Shown: in pieces, positions 11,736-21,975 of the stretch
How the letters are laid out: the number at the start of each line of letters is the position of its first letter
Position numbering within the stretch: position 1 is the stretch's first letter
Assembly (NCBI GenBank): GCA_047607345.1
Contig: JASGDF010000139.1
Span: 2,313-66,312, forward strand
Length of the DNA stretch: 64,000 nucleotides
Direction: 5' to 3'
Origin: Pseudomonas sp.
GTDB lineage: Bacteria > Pseudomonadota > Gammaproteobacteria > Xanthomonadales > Xanthomonadaceae
The notes under the pieces: model-generated
Databases searched by the model: none
What the model was told of the DNA's origin: nothing
What the model saw: only the letters and a program-made list of their open reading frames with translations
Position numbers and translations under genes: made by a program

Positions 11736-13202
11736 ATGCCCAAGCTTCCCATCAACCTCGTCGAAGGCCCGATCGGGCGCAACCTGCTGCTGTTCGCACT
11801 GCCGATCCTGGCCGGCAACATCGCCCAGTCACTGAACGGCTCGATCAATGCGATCTGGGTCGGCCACTACCTCGGCGAAGCGGCACTGACCGCCACGGCC
11901 AACGCCAACAGCATCATGTTCTTCCTGATCGGCTCGGTGTTCGGCATCGGCATGGCCGCCACCATCCTGATCGGCCAGGCGATGGGCGCCAAGGACGTGC
12001 TCCAGGCACGCCGGGTGATGGGCACCAGCGCCACGTTTTTCATCGGTCTCTCGGTCCTGGTCGCCGCCTTCGGCGTCTGGCTGGCCCGCCATCTGCTCGC
12101 GGCGATGGACACACCCCACGATTCGTTGCCGCTGGCCGAGGCCTACCTGCGGGTGATCTTCCTGGCGATGCCGCCGCTGTACATGTTCGCGTTCCTGTCG
12201 GCGGCACTGCGCGGCGCCGGCGACTCGCGCACGCCCTTCCGCTTCCTGTTGTTGTCGGTGGTGCTGGACATCGTACTGAACCCGCTGCTGATCTTCGGCT
12301 TCGGTCCGTTCCCGCCGCTGGGCATCGCCGGAGCAGCATGGGCCACCCTTGCGGCCCAAAGCATCGCGCTCGGCGGCCTGCTGCTCTACATGCGCCGACG
12401 CGGCCACGTACTGTGGCTAGGCCGGCGCGACGCAGGCCTGTTCCTGATTGACCTGGCGATCCTGCGGCCCCTGGTCGGCAAGGGCATCCCGATGGGCCTG
12501 CAGATGGTGCTGATCTCGCTGGCGATGATCGCGATGATGCGCATGGTCAACGGTTTCGGCACCGATACCGCCGCGGCCTACGGCGCCGCACTGCAGCTGT
12601 GGACCTACGTACAGATGCCGGCGATGGCGATCGGCGCGGCATGCTCGTCGATGGCCGCGCAGAACGTCGGCGCACGCCGCTGGGACCGCGTCGAGGCCAC
12701 CGCGCGCCACGGCGTGCTGTTCAACTTCCTGCTGACCGCAGCGCTGATCGCGCCGTTGATCCTGCTCGACCGCTGGACGCTGTCGCTGTTCCTGCCCGCA
12801 GACAGCGAGGCCCTCAAGATCGCCCGGCATCTGAACCACATCACGATCTGGTCGTTCCTGTTGTTCGGCGTGACCTTCGTGGTCTCCGGCGTGGTCCGCG
12901 CGACCGGCGCGGTGATGCCGCCACTGGTGATCCTGATACTGGCACTATGGGGCGTGCGCGTGCCGCTGGCCGAGCTGCTGACACCCCGCTTCGGCGCCGA
13001 TGCGGTGTGGTGGAGTTTTCCGGCCAGCTCGCTGTGCGCGATGTCGATGTCGCTGGCCTACTACCGCTGGGGCGGCTGGCGCCGGGCACAGATGCTGGCA
13101 ACACAGGCCCGGGCGCAGGAGGTGGCGGTTCCGGCGGAAGTCCCGGCGCTGCCCCCGTCGCCGGTGGCCGACGCCGCAGCCGACCCCGCACCAGGTCGAT
13201 GA
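11736..13202 (+). CDS. MATE family efflux transporter
   Basis: LVEGPIGRNLLLFALP, LRGAGDSRTP, LNPLLIFG, GIAGAAWAT, AQNVGA; about 12 TM segments; start chosen at MPKLPINL. Confidence 0.9.
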   Translation: MPKLPINLVEGPIGRNLLLFALPILAGNIAQSLNGSINAIWVGHYLGEAALTATANANSIMFFLIGSVFGIGMAATILIGQAMGAKDVLQARRVMGTSATFFIGLSVLVAAFGVWLARHLLAAMDTPHDSLPLAEAYLRVIFLAMPPLYMFAFLSAALRGAGDSRTPFRFLLLSVVLDIVLNPLLIFGFGPFPPLGIAGAAWATLAAQSIALGGLLLYMRRRGHVLWLGRRDAGLFLIDLAILRPLVGKGIPMGLQMVLISLAMIAMMRMVNGFGTDTAAAYGAALQLWTYVQMPAMAIGAACSSMAAQNVGARRWDRVEATARHGVLFNFLLTAALIAPLILLDRWTLSLFLPADSEALKIARHLNHITIWSFLLFGVTFVVSGVVRATGAVMPPLVILILALWGVRVPLAELLTPRFGADAVWWSFPASSLCAMSMSLAYYRWGGWRRAQMLATQARAQEVAVPAEVPALPPSPVADAAADPAPGR

Positions 13203-13289
13203 CCCAGCCCCCTGGATCGGCTCAGCCCGCACTCATCCCTCCCTCGGTCATTTCCCCTATCCTGAAATGCCCTCGGCAACACGATCTTC

Positions 13290-14036
13290 ATGTCGACCGC
13301 CTGGATCTGGCTGTCCGCGCTGGGCAACAGCAAATGGTTGCTGCCTGGCGTCATGCTGTTCATCGTCACCGCCTCGGCCTCCGGCAACCTGCCGCGCCGC
13401 GACGGTCTGCGCTGGAGCGTGGCGATCGCCGCCACCGCCCTGACCGTATTGGCCTCCAAGATCGCCTTCATGGGCTGGGGCGTCGGCTCGGCCGCGCTGG
13501 ATTTCACCGGCATCAGCGGCCATGCCGCGATGGCGACCTGTATCTATCCGCCCCTGGCCGCGCTGCTCTGCGCCCATCACCCGCGGCTGCGCGGGCCGCT
13601 GATCGTCGCGGCGGCTTTGCTCGCGGCCGCCATCGCCTACTCGCGCCTGCCCTTGCACGCGCATTCGCCTTCGGAGGTGATTGCCGGAACGTTGCTGGGC
13701 GGCCTGGCTTCGCTGTTCGTCATCACCCGGGGCACGCAGCGCATGCCGGCCCTGGCAACCTGGCAATGGATCGTGCCCGCCATCGCGCTGGTATGCTGCC
13801 TCCAGGCCGCCACTCCCAAGATCAATACCCATGGCATGGTCGTCGCCATGGCCAGGACCCTTTCCGGCCAGGATCAGCTGCATACCCGGCGCTGGCTACA
13901 CCAACGTTCAGGATCATCAAGGGCATGGCAAGAAACCAGCGCAAAAAACCTTGCAAAAACAATTGACAAGCCCTCGCCGCTGGGCCAGCATGTAAGCGTA
14001 GGTCTTTCCCATATGGATTTCAGGAGTCCCCCATGA
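13290..14036 (+). CDS. PAP2-family integral membrane phosphatase (possible undecaprenyl-PP phosphatase)
   Basis: K in KIAFMGWG, C2 motif GISGHA, C3 motif SRLPLHAHSPSEV; several TM segments. Confidence 0.75.
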   Translation: MSTAWIWLSALGNSKWLLPGVMLFIVTASASGNLPRRDGLRWSVAIAATALTVLASKIAFMGWGVGSAALDFTGISGHAAMATCIYPPLAALLCAHHPRLRGPLIVAAALLAAAIAYSRLPLHAHSPSEVIAGTLLGGLASLFVITRGTQRMPALATWQWIVPAIALVCCLQAATPKINTHGMVVAMARTLSGQDQLHTRRWLHQRSGSSRAWQETSAKNLAKTIDKPSPLGQHVSVGLSHMDFRSPP

Positions 14037-14353
14037 AGAAGTTGATTGTGACGGCCATTGCCATGGCCCTGTCCTCGCCGGCGTGGGCTGCTCCGCAAGG
14101 GCCCCAACAGCCGCCGGCCCCCAGCGGCGAAATTGCCGGTCCCGTTGCGCGTGATTTCTCCCGAGTGAACGCGGCCTGCTGGGTCTACTCCGGCATCGCA
14201 GCTGCCGCGGTGGCCTATTCGGTCGTCGGCGACAGCTCCGGCGACGAAGACGATTCAGGCAGTGAGGGCACGAGCGGCAGCAGCGGCACGAGCGGTACCA
14301 GTGGCACGAGCGGTACCAGTGGCACGAGCGGCACCAGCGGCACCGGCGGCTGA
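14033..14353 (+). CDS. YjbE/GfcA-like small exported Ser/Gly/Thr-rich protein
   Basis: Signal peptide MKKLIVTAIAMALSSPAWA-AP, a hydrophobic Ala-rich stretch, then an (SGT)n tail; first gene of a wza-yjbFGH-like cluster; AGGAG RBS. Confidence 0.7.
   Translation: MKKLIVTAIAMALSSPAWAAPQGPQQPPAPSGEIAGPVARDFSRVNAACWVYSGIAAAAVAYSVVGDSSGDEDDSGSEGTSGSSGTSGTSGTSGTSGTSGTSGTGG
14267..14344 (+). repeat. Coding 9-bp (18-bp superunit) tandem repeat encoding Gly-Thr-Ser
   Basis: GGCACGAGCGGTACCAGT exact at 14285-14302 and 14303-14320, variant at 14321-14338. Confidence 0.9.
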
Positions 14354-14378
14354 GCCCTCCCGTACTTGGCTCCACAAT

Positions 14379-14413
14379 GGCCCTCGCCGGGCGGCGCTTG
14401 GCGAGGGCTTTTT
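14379..14413 (+). terminator. Intrinsic terminator between the yjbE-like gene and wza
   Basis: GGCCCTCGCCGGGC-GGC-GCTTGGCGAGGGCT followed by T-run. Confidence 0.7.
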
Positions 14414-14448
14414 ATGTCCGGCGTTCCTCATCTCGACGAAAAAATCCA

Positions 14449-15558
14449 ATGAACCATTCGCGCCTGCTTATCGCTCTGCTGGCCTCGCTTTCCCTCTCCG
14501 CCTGCGTCTGGGCCCCCGGCCAACACCTGCGCGGCAGTGACGTCTCGCGCGCCAACACCAGCGATGACGGCCGCCTGCAGCTGATCCAGATCACGCCGAA
14601 GCTGATTGCGATGAATCAGGCGGCGCAAAACAACCAGGGGGGATTGCCCGAGACCCTGTTCGACTATCGGCCGGAGGCCTATCGGATCGGTCGCGGCGAC
14701 GTATTGAACGTGACCGTATGGGATCATCCCGAGTTGACCGTTCCCGCCGGTTCGCAGCAGTCTGCGAACCTTGCCGGCCGCCTCGTCCAGGCTGACGGCA
14801 CGCTGTTCTATCCCTACATCGGCAAGGTGCAGGCCGAAGGCAAGACGCCGATGCAGCTTCGCGACGAGATCAGCCAGCGCCTGACCAAATACATCGAATC
14901 CCCCCAGGTCGATGTTTCGATTCTGACTTATGCCAACCAGCGCATCTGGATCACCGGCGCCACGGCGACCCCCGTGACGGTCTCGCTGGGTACCGCTCCG
15001 CTCACCCTGGGCGACGCCCTCAGCCAAGCAGGGATCAACTCGACGCAGGGCGACCTGTCCGGCATCAAGCTCACCCGCGACGGCATCACCTACACCATCG
15101 ATCTGGAGCGAATCGCCCAGCAAAGTGCCGGCCGGCAGATCTATCTCAAACCCGGCGACAATATCTATGTGCCGTACCTGGATCGCAAGGAAGTATTCGT
15201 GGTCGGCGAGGTCACGCTTCCCGGCGCCTACAGTTTCCGCACCGGCGACATTTCACTGAGCCAGGCCCTGGGGCGTGCCCGTGGTCTCGCGCAGACCACT
15301 TCGAACGGCAACGCGGTCTATGTGATTCGTGGCTCGCACGACCTGCAGCAGGAACCCTCGACCATCTATCAGCTCGAAGCGCGCTCGCCCGCGGCCTTCG
15401 CGGTGGCCAGCCAGTTCCACCTGCAGCCCGGTGACGTGGTCTTCGTAGGCGCAGCCGGCGTCACCCGCTGGAGCCGGTTCGTCAACCAGCTGTTGCCGTT
15501 CACGAACATCATCTACACCGCTGCACGCGCCGAAAACGAAGTACAGGACAGCAACTGA
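14449..15558 (+). CDS. wza: Outer-membrane polysaccharide export lipoprotein Wza/GfcE (OPX family)
   Basis: Lipobox LSAC, YRIGRGDVLNVTVWDHPELT, DGTLFYPYIG, SLBB repeats, C-terminal RWSRFVNQLLP helix. Confidence 0.93.
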   Translation: MNHSRLLIALLASLSLSACVWAPGQHLRGSDVSRANTSDDGRLQLIQITPKLIAMNQAAQNNQGGLPETLFDYRPEAYRIGRGDVLNVTVWDHPELTVPAGSQQSANLAGRLVQADGTLFYPYIGKVQAEGKTPMQLRDEISQRLTKYIESPQVDVSILTYANQRIWITGATATPVTVSLGTAPLTLGDALSQAGINSTQGDLSGIKLTRDGITYTIDLERIAQQSAGRQIYLKPGDNIYVPYLDRKEVFVVGEVTLPGAYSFRTGDISLSQALGRARGLAQTTSNGNAVYVIRGSHDLQQEPSTIYQLEARSPAAFAVASQFHLQPGDVVFVGAAGVTRWSRFVNQLLPFTNIIYTAARAENEVQDSN

Positions 15559-15559
15559 C

Positions 15560-16249
15560 ATGACGCGGAACTCGCGGTGGCAGAGACGGCCCCAAGCGCC
15601 CAACGCTCCCCGTCTCGCCCTGGCGATCGGCTGTTTGCTTGCCCTCGGCGGCTGCACCACGGTCAGCCGCTCCACCAGTGAAGCCATCGGCCTGCTGTTC
15701 AAGGGCCGCCCACTGATAGAGCCCACACCCGAACAGGTCGCGGCCGTGCGTTATCCGCAGATTCTGCTGCGTGCGCCGGACATCGACGGCGTGGTCGTAC
15801 TCGGCTATATCGACGAAGGGCGCCAGGCCTGGTTTGCAGGGCGCAATGCCGTCTTCTACCTGCGGGAGGACGGACAGATCGTCGGCTCCGCCGGACTGGG
15901 CCGGACCGTCTCGATCAGGATCCAGGGAGAGAACCCCTTCCCGCACCTGGCCTCGTTACAGCAGGCAGTGACAGTACAGCGCCGCTACGATTGGATGCCG
16001 GGCTATCGCTACGACGTTCCCGTCACCGGCAACCTGCGCCGCGTCGGCTCCGAATCGATCGAGATTCTCGGCCATCCGCTGCAGCTGACACGTTTCGAGG
16101 AAACACTGAAGGGCCCCGGTCTTTCGGAGACCAACATCTACTGGGCGGATCCCGCCACCGGCTTCGTATGGAAAAGCCGGCAGTACCTGGCCCCCGGATA
16201 TCCCGTCGAGATCGTGCAACTCAAGCCCTACCGACCTGCGAAGTCATAA
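15560..16249 (+). CDS. YjbF/GfcB family lipoprotein
   Basis: Lipobox LGGC; C-terminal NIYWAD..TGFVWKSRQYLAP..LKP typical of YjbF; position upstream of yjbG/yjbH-like genes. Confidence 0.8.
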   Translation: MTRNSRWQRRPQAPNAPRLALAIGCLLALGGCTTVSRSTSEAIGLLFKGRPLIEPTPEQVAAVRYPQILLRAPDIDGVVVLGYIDEGRQAWFAGRNAVFYLREDGQIVGSAGLGRTVSIRIQGENPFPHLASLQQAVTVQRRYDWMPGYRYDVPVTGNLRRVGSESIEILGHPLQLTRFEETLKGPGLSETNIYWADPATGFVWKSRQYLAPGYPVEIVQLKPYRPAKS

Positions 16250-16252
16250 CCG

Positions 16253-17050
16253 ATGCTGCATCCACGCCTGGCTTCCCTGCTGCTGCTCCTGTCCCTCTCC
16301 TCGCCGGTCATTGCCCAGCCGGTCATTGCCCAGAATGCCGCATCTCCGATCATGGTATCGGTCGAGGGGGCGGTCAATGCCCCCGGTCAGTATCCCCTGC
16401 CCGAACGCGCACGACTCGGCGAGGCCGTGCGCCTGGCGCAGCCATCGTCCGCGGCCTATATCCTCGGCGCGGCGTTGCTGCGCGAGAAATCACGCATCGA
16501 ACAGACCAGGCTCAAGGCCGGCCTGCTTTACGACCTGAAGGTACTGCAAGCCGATCCAAGCACCCCAGCGGCCAACGCCGCCGAGGCGCTGTCGCAATGG
16601 CTGCAGACGCTGCCGGTGACCGGCCGGGTACCACAGCAGCTGGAACCCCGGCTGATCGAGATTGACCCCGCCAATGACCCACCGGCGCTGGCCGGCGACC
16701 GAGTGATCTATCCGACACGCCCGGATCACATCAGCGTGGTCGGCGCCGTCATCCACAGCTGCCAGCTTCCCCACGCGCCGACGGAGGACGTCAGGCACTA
16801 CCTCTCGGCCTGCGCGCCAGCCACCGTCGCCGACCGCGACCTGGTCTATGCCGTGCAACCCGACGGTCAGGTCCAGGAGCTCGGCATCGCCCTCTGGAAT
16901 CGCGGTCCCGTGCAGCCACTGGCGCCTGGTGCGGTCCTCTACGTCCCGCTGGCCCAGCGCCTCGTGCGTGACGCCGATCCAGATTTCAATCGCGAGTTCG
17001 CCCAGTTCCTGGCAACCCAGCTGCTGCCGGCCCCCGGAGTGATTCCCTGA
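16253..17050 (+). CDS. YjbG/GfcC capsule biosynthesis protein
   Basis: Signal peptide, SLBB-like VEGAV..PG, LPVTGRV, QPDG..IALWN..LAPGAVLYVP. Confidence 0.82.
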   Translation: MLHPRLASLLLLLSLSSPVIAQPVIAQNAASPIMVSVEGAVNAPGQYPLPERARLGEAVRLAQPSSAAYILGAALLREKSRIEQTRLKAGLLYDLKVLQADPSTPAANAAEALSQWLQTLPVTGRVPQQLEPRLIEIDPANDPPALAGDRVIYPTRPDHISVVGAVIHSCQLPHAPTEDVRHYLSACAPATVADRDLVYAVQPDGQVQELGIALWNRGPVQPLAPGAVLYVPLAQRLVRDADPDFNREFAQFLATQLLPAPGVIP

Positions 17051-19257
17051 TGTATCGCCGCCCCCTCCCCCTGGCCCGCTATACGCTGAGCGTACTGGCA
17101 TTGGCTACTTCCGCCATCGTGCATGCTCAGGAGGCGCCCCAGCCCACGGCAAGTGAGTGGGGCACCATCGGCCTGCTGCAGACGCCGACCGCGCGAATGG
17201 GCGAACCAGGCGATATCGCCTTCACCGCATCGCACAACTCGCCCTACAGCCGGTACACATTGGCCGTGCAGCCTTTCAGCTGGCTTGAGGGATCGTTCCG
17301 CTACATCAACGTCACCAATCGGCGTTATGGCTCGGAGAGCCTGAGCGGCGACCAGAACTACAAGGACCGCTCACTGGACTTCAAGATCCGCCTCTGGCGC
17401 GAAAGCCGATGGCTCCCTGAAGTCGCCCTGGGCGCCCGCGACTTCGGCGGAACAGGCCTGTTCTCAAGCGAGTACGTAGTGGCGAACAAGCGCTTTGGCC
17501 CGATCGATGCCAGCCTTGGTCTGGCCACCGGCTATATCGGCAACCGTGGCGACTTCAGCAACCCGCTGGGATGGATCGATGATCGCTTCAAGACGCGATC
17601 CAGCGGCTCCGGCTGGGGCCAGTTCAACGTCAAGTCAATGTTCCGCGGCCCAGTGGGCGTCTTCGGCGGCATCAGCTACCAAACGCCCTGGGACAGACTG
17701 CTGCTCAAGCTCGAGTACGACGGCAACGACTACAAGAACGAGCCCCAGAGCAACGACCTCAAGCAAGACACGCCGATCAACATCGGTGCGGTCTTCTCGG
17801 TCAATCGCAATATCCAGATCACCGCTGCATGGGAACGCGGCAATACCGCGATGTTCGCGCTCACCCTGCGCGGCAACCCCGTCACCTCGCCCGCGATGAC
17901 CAAGCTGCTGGACCCCAGGCCAGAACCTCTGCGTTCGCTTGAAGGCCCGGCGGCATCCATGGAGCAAGCATCGCAGGCCGCCACCCCCGGTGGTGCGGCG
18001 GCAGCGGACCAGGTACAGCAAACAGCGAATCACGCTTCAGCCACCGTGGAAACCACCGATTGGCAGAACGTGGCGAATCGGCTGCGAAACAATGCCGGCT
18101 TCCGCGTGCAGGAGATATCGCGACGCGGCTCGGAACTGGTGGTGACCGGCGAGCAGTTGCGCTATTTCTATCCATCCCAGGGCCTGGGACGCAGTGCCCG
18201 CATCCTGGACAACTCGGTTGCCCCGGACATCGAATGGTTCACGCTGGCGACCCATCGTCTCGGGATGCCCATCTCCGAAACCAGTATCAACCGCGAGAAG
18301 TTCGTCGACTACGTCGATCACCGCATCGACCTGCAGCAGCTCAAGCTGGGCACCGAGCTCAACGCGCCCTCGCAGCAGCCAGCCGAAGTCCTCTACCAAG
18401 CGCCTCTCCGCCGCTATGCCGGCGGCTTCAACATTGGCTACCAACAGAACCTCGGCGGCCCGGATGCCTTCATCCTCTACAGGATCGCGGCTAACTACAC
18501 CGGCAGTCTTTTCTTCACACGCAATCTCTGGCTGACCGGTACCGTCAGCGGCAACCTGCTCAACAACTACGACAAGTTCAAGTACGACGCTCCCAGCAAC
18601 CTGCCGCGGGTGCGCACCAACCTGCGCCAATACATGACGACCTCCGACGTCACTGTCCCGAACCTGCAGCTGACCACCACAGGCAAACTCGGACGCGATC
18701 TGTACGGGATGGCCTATGCCGGCTACCTGGAGTGGATGTACGCCGGCGTCGGTGGCGAGGTGCTGTATCGCCCGATGGGCGAACCCTGGGCGATCGGCGT
18801 CAATGCGAACTGGGTCAAGCAGCGCGACTACGACCAGCATTTCGGCCTGCGCGACTACAGTATCGCCACCGGCCATGTCTCGCTCTACTACACGTTGGAC
18901 CGGGAAGAACGCTGGATCTCCTCGCTCAGCGCCGGGCGCTATCTCGCAGGTGACTGGGGTGCCACCGTGAACATCGGCCGCGCGTTCAACAACGGCGTGA
19001 CCATGGGGGCTTGGGTGACCAAGACCGATGTATCCGCCGCACAGTTCGGCGAGGGCAGCTTCGACAAGGGCATCTACATCTCGATCCCGTTCGACCTGAT
19101 GCTGCCGCGTTCCATGCGTGCGCGCGCCAGCTTCGTCTGGCAGCCACTGATCCGCGACGGTGGCGCGATGCTCGCGCGTAAATATGCGCTGTACAACCTC
19201 ACCAGCGATCGCGATGAGCGGTTCTTCTACGATAATCTGGATAAAATCGATAGATAA
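17050..19257 (+). CDS. YjbH/GfcD outer-membrane beta-barrel protein
   Basis: WGTIGLLQTPTARM, YKDRSLDFK, GTGLFSSEY, AGRYLAGDWG, FGEGSFDKGIYISIPFD, PLIRDGG. Confidence 0.9.
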   Translation: MYRRPLPLARYTLSVLALATSAIVHAQEAPQPTASEWGTIGLLQTPTARMGEPGDIAFTASHNSPYSRYTLAVQPFSWLEGSFRYINVTNRRYGSESLSGDQNYKDRSLDFKIRLWRESRWLPEVALGARDFGGTGLFSSEYVVANKRFGPIDASLGLATGYIGNRGDFSNPLGWIDDRFKTRSSGSGWGQFNVKSMFRGPVGVFGGISYQTPWDRLLLKLEYDGNDYKNEPQSNDLKQDTPINIGAVFSVNRNIQITAAWERGNTAMFALTLRGNPVTSPAMTKLLDPRPEPLRSLEGPAASMEQASQAATPGGAAAADQVQQTANHASATVETTDWQNVANRLRNNAGFRVQEISRRGSELVVTGEQLRYFYPSQGLGRSARILDNSVAPDIEWFTLATHRLGMPISETSINREKFVDYVDHRIDLQQLKLGTELNAPSQQPAEVLYQAPLRRYAGGFNIGYQQNLGGPDAFILYRIAANYTGSLFFTRNLWLTGTVSGNLLNNYDKFKYDAPSNLPRVRTNLRQYMTTSDVTVPNLQLTTTGKLGRDLYGMAYAGYLEWMYAGVGGEVLYRPMGEPWAIGVNANWVKQRDYDQHFGLRDYSIATGHVSLYYTLDREERWISSLSAGRYLAGDWGATVNIGRAFNNGVTMGAWVTKTDVSAAQFGEGSFDKGIYISIPFDLMLPRSMRARASFVWQPLIRDGGAMLARKYALYNLTSDRDERFFYDNLDKIDR

Positions 19258-19395
19258 TACATACGCATTCCCGCTATATGCGGGAAGCTTTGCGGTGGGC
19301 TCAATGTGATAACGTCAAGCACATTCGACATGTTCAACCTGCGTCCCATCCGCTGTCTGGACATCTGCACGCACGCATCTGGAGAAATTCAAGCA

Positions 19396-19432
19396 AAATG
19401 CAAACGGCGGCCATAGGCCGCCGTTTGCATTT
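19396..19432. terminator. Bidirectional terminator between the two convergent arms
   Basis: AAATGCAAACGGCGGCC-ATA-GGCCGCCGTTTGCATTT perfect 17-bp stem. Confidence 0.8.
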
Positions 19433-19559
19433 CTACGCCTGATTTTACTGCGCTGCGATGAGATCAACAGGTAACCTCATCACGAGAAAAAGACATCGGC
19501 AATGGCAAGGCCATTGTTTCTAGAGCACCGAGCAACCGCTGCGACCACAACAAAAACGA

Positions 19560-20459
19560 TCAAGCCACCGCTGATACCTCATCCAGCACACGCTCCAGCC
19601 CCTGCTCCCAGCCGGGCAACACCACGCCAAAGTCGCGTTCCAGGCTCGCCGTATCCAGTCGCGAATAGGCCGGCCGCCGGGCCGGTGTCGGATATTCGCT
19701 CGTGCCGATCGGCTGCACGCTTGGCACCCTTTTAATCAATCCTCGTGCAGCTGCCCGCGCGAATATCCCCTCGGCGAACCCATGCCAGCTGGTCTGCCCA
19801 CCGGCGGTGAGATGCCAGGTACCCGAGAACTCGCCCGGATGCCGCAGCGCCTGCAGGGTAATCCCGGCGATCAGCGCTGCCGGCGTCGGGGTACCGATCT
19901 GGTCGGCGACTACCTTCAGCTCGTCGCGCTCGGCCCCGACCCGGAGCATCGTGCGCAGGAAGTTGTGTCCATGCGCGGCGTACACCCAGGCGGTACGGAA
20001 GATCAAATGGCGGCCATTCGCGGCCCTGATCGCCTCCTCGCCGGCTAGCTTGCTTTCGCCATACACACCCAGCGGCGCAGTCGCATCGTCTGGCCGATAC
20101 GGCCGCGTACCCTGCCCATCGAACACGTAATCCGTAGAGTAGTGCACCAACGGCACAGCATTGGCCGCACACCAACGCGCCAACACGCCCGGTGCCTCGG
20201 CATTGGCCCGGAATGCTGCCTCACGCTCACTCTCAGCCTTGTCCACCGCCGTATACGCGGCCGCATTGATCACCTGAACCGGGCGGATCCGCTCCAGCAA
20301 CGGCCCCAACGTGTCGGGACGATCGAAGTCGGCCTGCTCGCAGGCAGCACCATTGGGTAGGCGCCCACTCCTCGTGGTCGCCACCACATCCTCGCCGGCC
20401 AGCGCGCGTAACAGTTCTTGCCCGACCTGACCGTTACCACCCAGTACTAGCACCGTCAT
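19560..20459 (-). CDS. rmlD: dTDP-4-dehydrorhamnose reductase
   Basis: GGNGQVG, NAAAYTAVDKAE, STDYVFDG, YGESK, VVADQIGTPT. Confidence 0.95.
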   Translation of the reverse strand: MTVLVLGGNGQVGQELLRALAGEDVVATTRSGRLPNGAACEQADFDRPDTLGPLLERIRPVQVINAAAYTAVDKAESEREAAFRANAEAPGVLARWCAANAVPLVHYSTDYVFDGQGTRPYRPDDATAPLGVYGESKLAGEEAIRAANGRHLIFRTAWVYAAHGHNFLRTMLRVGAERDELKVVADQIGTPTPAALIAGITLQALRHPGEFSGTWHLTAGGQTSWHGFAEGIFARAAARGLIKRVPSVQPIGTSEYPTPARRPAYSRLDTASLERDFGVVLPGWEQGLERVLDEVSAVA

Positions 20460-21013
20460 GGCGTGTACACCGGCAGGCGTTCGTCAGCGATCTGCTCCAA
20501 ATAGGGCGCCGCCGCATCCTTGCCCGACAGCACCGGCTCGCTGATCGGCCAGTCCACCCCAATGGCGCCATCATTCCAGCGCACGCCGGCATCGGCCTCC
20601 TTGACGTAGACATCGGTGCACAGATAGCTGAACACCGCCCTCTCGGACAACACCGCAAATCCATGCGCGAAGCCCTCCGGAATCCAGAACTGGCGCCGGT
20701 TCTCGGCGCTAAGCACCACCGCCTCCCACTTGCCGAAAGTCGGCGAGCCGCGGCGAATGTCCACGGCCACATCGTACACCTCGCCTTCGAGCACGCTCAC
20801 CAGCTTGCCCTGCGGCCGCGGCCACTGGTAGTGCAGGCCACGCAACACACCGCGCACGGAAGTGGACACGTTGCTCTGCACGAACCGGGTCGGCAACCCA
20901 TGCTGGCCGAAGCGCTCGGCGTTCCAGGTCTCGAAGAACACCCCACGCTCGTCGCCGAACACCGCCGGCTCGATCACCACACACCCGGAAAGACTCGTCT
21001 CGATGATCTTCAT
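20456..21013 (-). CDS. rmlC: dTDP-4-dehydrorhamnose 3,5-epimerase
   Basis: FGDERG.FFE, VLRGLHYQ, QGKLV, GFAHGF; start MKIIETS at 21013. Confidence 0.95.
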   Translation of the reverse strand: MKIIETSLSGCVVIEPAVFGDERGVFFETWNAERFGQHGLPTRFVQSNVSTSVRGVLRGLHYQWPRPQGKLVSVLEGEVYDVAVDIRRGSPTFGKWEAVVLSAENRRQFWIPEGFAHGFAVLSERAVFSYLCTDVYVKEADAGVRWNDGAIGVDWPISEPVLSGKDAAAPYLEQIADERLPVYTP

Positions 21014-21900
21014 CACTTCACCACGCCTCGCTTGAGCAGGTCCTGCAAATATTGGCCATAGCCGTTCTTTGACAGCGGCTTGGCCAGCGCTTCCAGTTGT
21101 CCTGCATCGATCCAGCCCTGGCCGTAGGCGATCTCTTCTGGGCAACTCACCTGCAAGCCCTGGCGCGCCTGGATCGTCTCGATGAAGTTGGCCGCCTCGT
21201 GCAGCGACTGGTGAGTACCGGTGTCGAGCCAGGCATAGCCACGGCCCAGCGCTTCCAGGTGCAGTGCTCCTTCCTCCAGATAACGCCGGTTGAGATCGGT
21301 GATCTCCAACTCGCCGCGCGGCGAAGGCCTGAGTTCGGCCGCATAATCCGGCGCCTTGCCGTCATAGAAGTACAGTCCGGTGACCGCGTAGTTCGAACGC
21401 GGCCTGGCCGGCTTCTCCTCGATGTCGATCACCTTACCTTGCGCATCGAACTCGGCCACGCCGTAGCGCTCCGGATCGTTGACCCAGTAGCCGAACACCG
21501 TAGCGCCATCGACACGTTCATCGGCGCGCTTAAGCGTCTCGGTCAGGCCGTGGCCATGGAAGATGTTGTCGCCCAACACCAGGCAGCTGGGCTGGCCGGC
21601 GACAAATTCGCGGCCGATCAGATAGGCCTGGGCCAGGCCGTCGGGGCTGGGCTGCACCGCGTACTGGATGTCCATGCCCCACTGCGAGCCGTCGCCCAGC
21701 AACTGCTGGAACAAGGCTTGCTCATGTGGGGTATTGATGATCAGCACCTCGCGGATCCCGGCCAGCATCAGCACGCTGAGCGGGTAGTAGATCATCGGCT
21801 TGTCGTAGACCGGCAACAGCTGCTTGCTGACGCCGCGGGTGATCGGATACAGCCGGGTGCCGGATCCACCGGCCAGGATGATGCCTTTGCGTTGTGTCAT
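21013..21900 (-). CDS. rmlA: Glucose-1-phosphate thymidylyltransferase
   Basis: [44 protein letters not shown]. Confidence 0.97.
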   Translation of the reverse strand: MTQRKGIILAGGSGTRLYPITRGVSKQLLPVYDKPMIYYPLSVLMLAGIREVLIINTPHEQALFQQLLGDGSQWGMDIQYAVQPSPDGLAQAYLIGREFVAGQPSCLVLGDNIFHGHGLTETLKRADERVDGATVFGYWVNDPERYGVAEFDAQGKVIDIEEKPARPRSNYAVTGLYFYDGKAPDYAAELRPSPRGELEITDLNRRYLEEGALHLEALGRGYAWLDTGTHQSLHEAANFIETIQARQGLQVSCPEEIAYGQGWIDAGQLEALAKPLSKNGYGQYLQDLLKRGVVK

Positions 21901-21975
21901 GGAGATGAGGTCCTTATCAACATGGCAGATCGGCCCGCACGAACGTGCGGGTATCGACGTGAAGGAGGAAAATGG

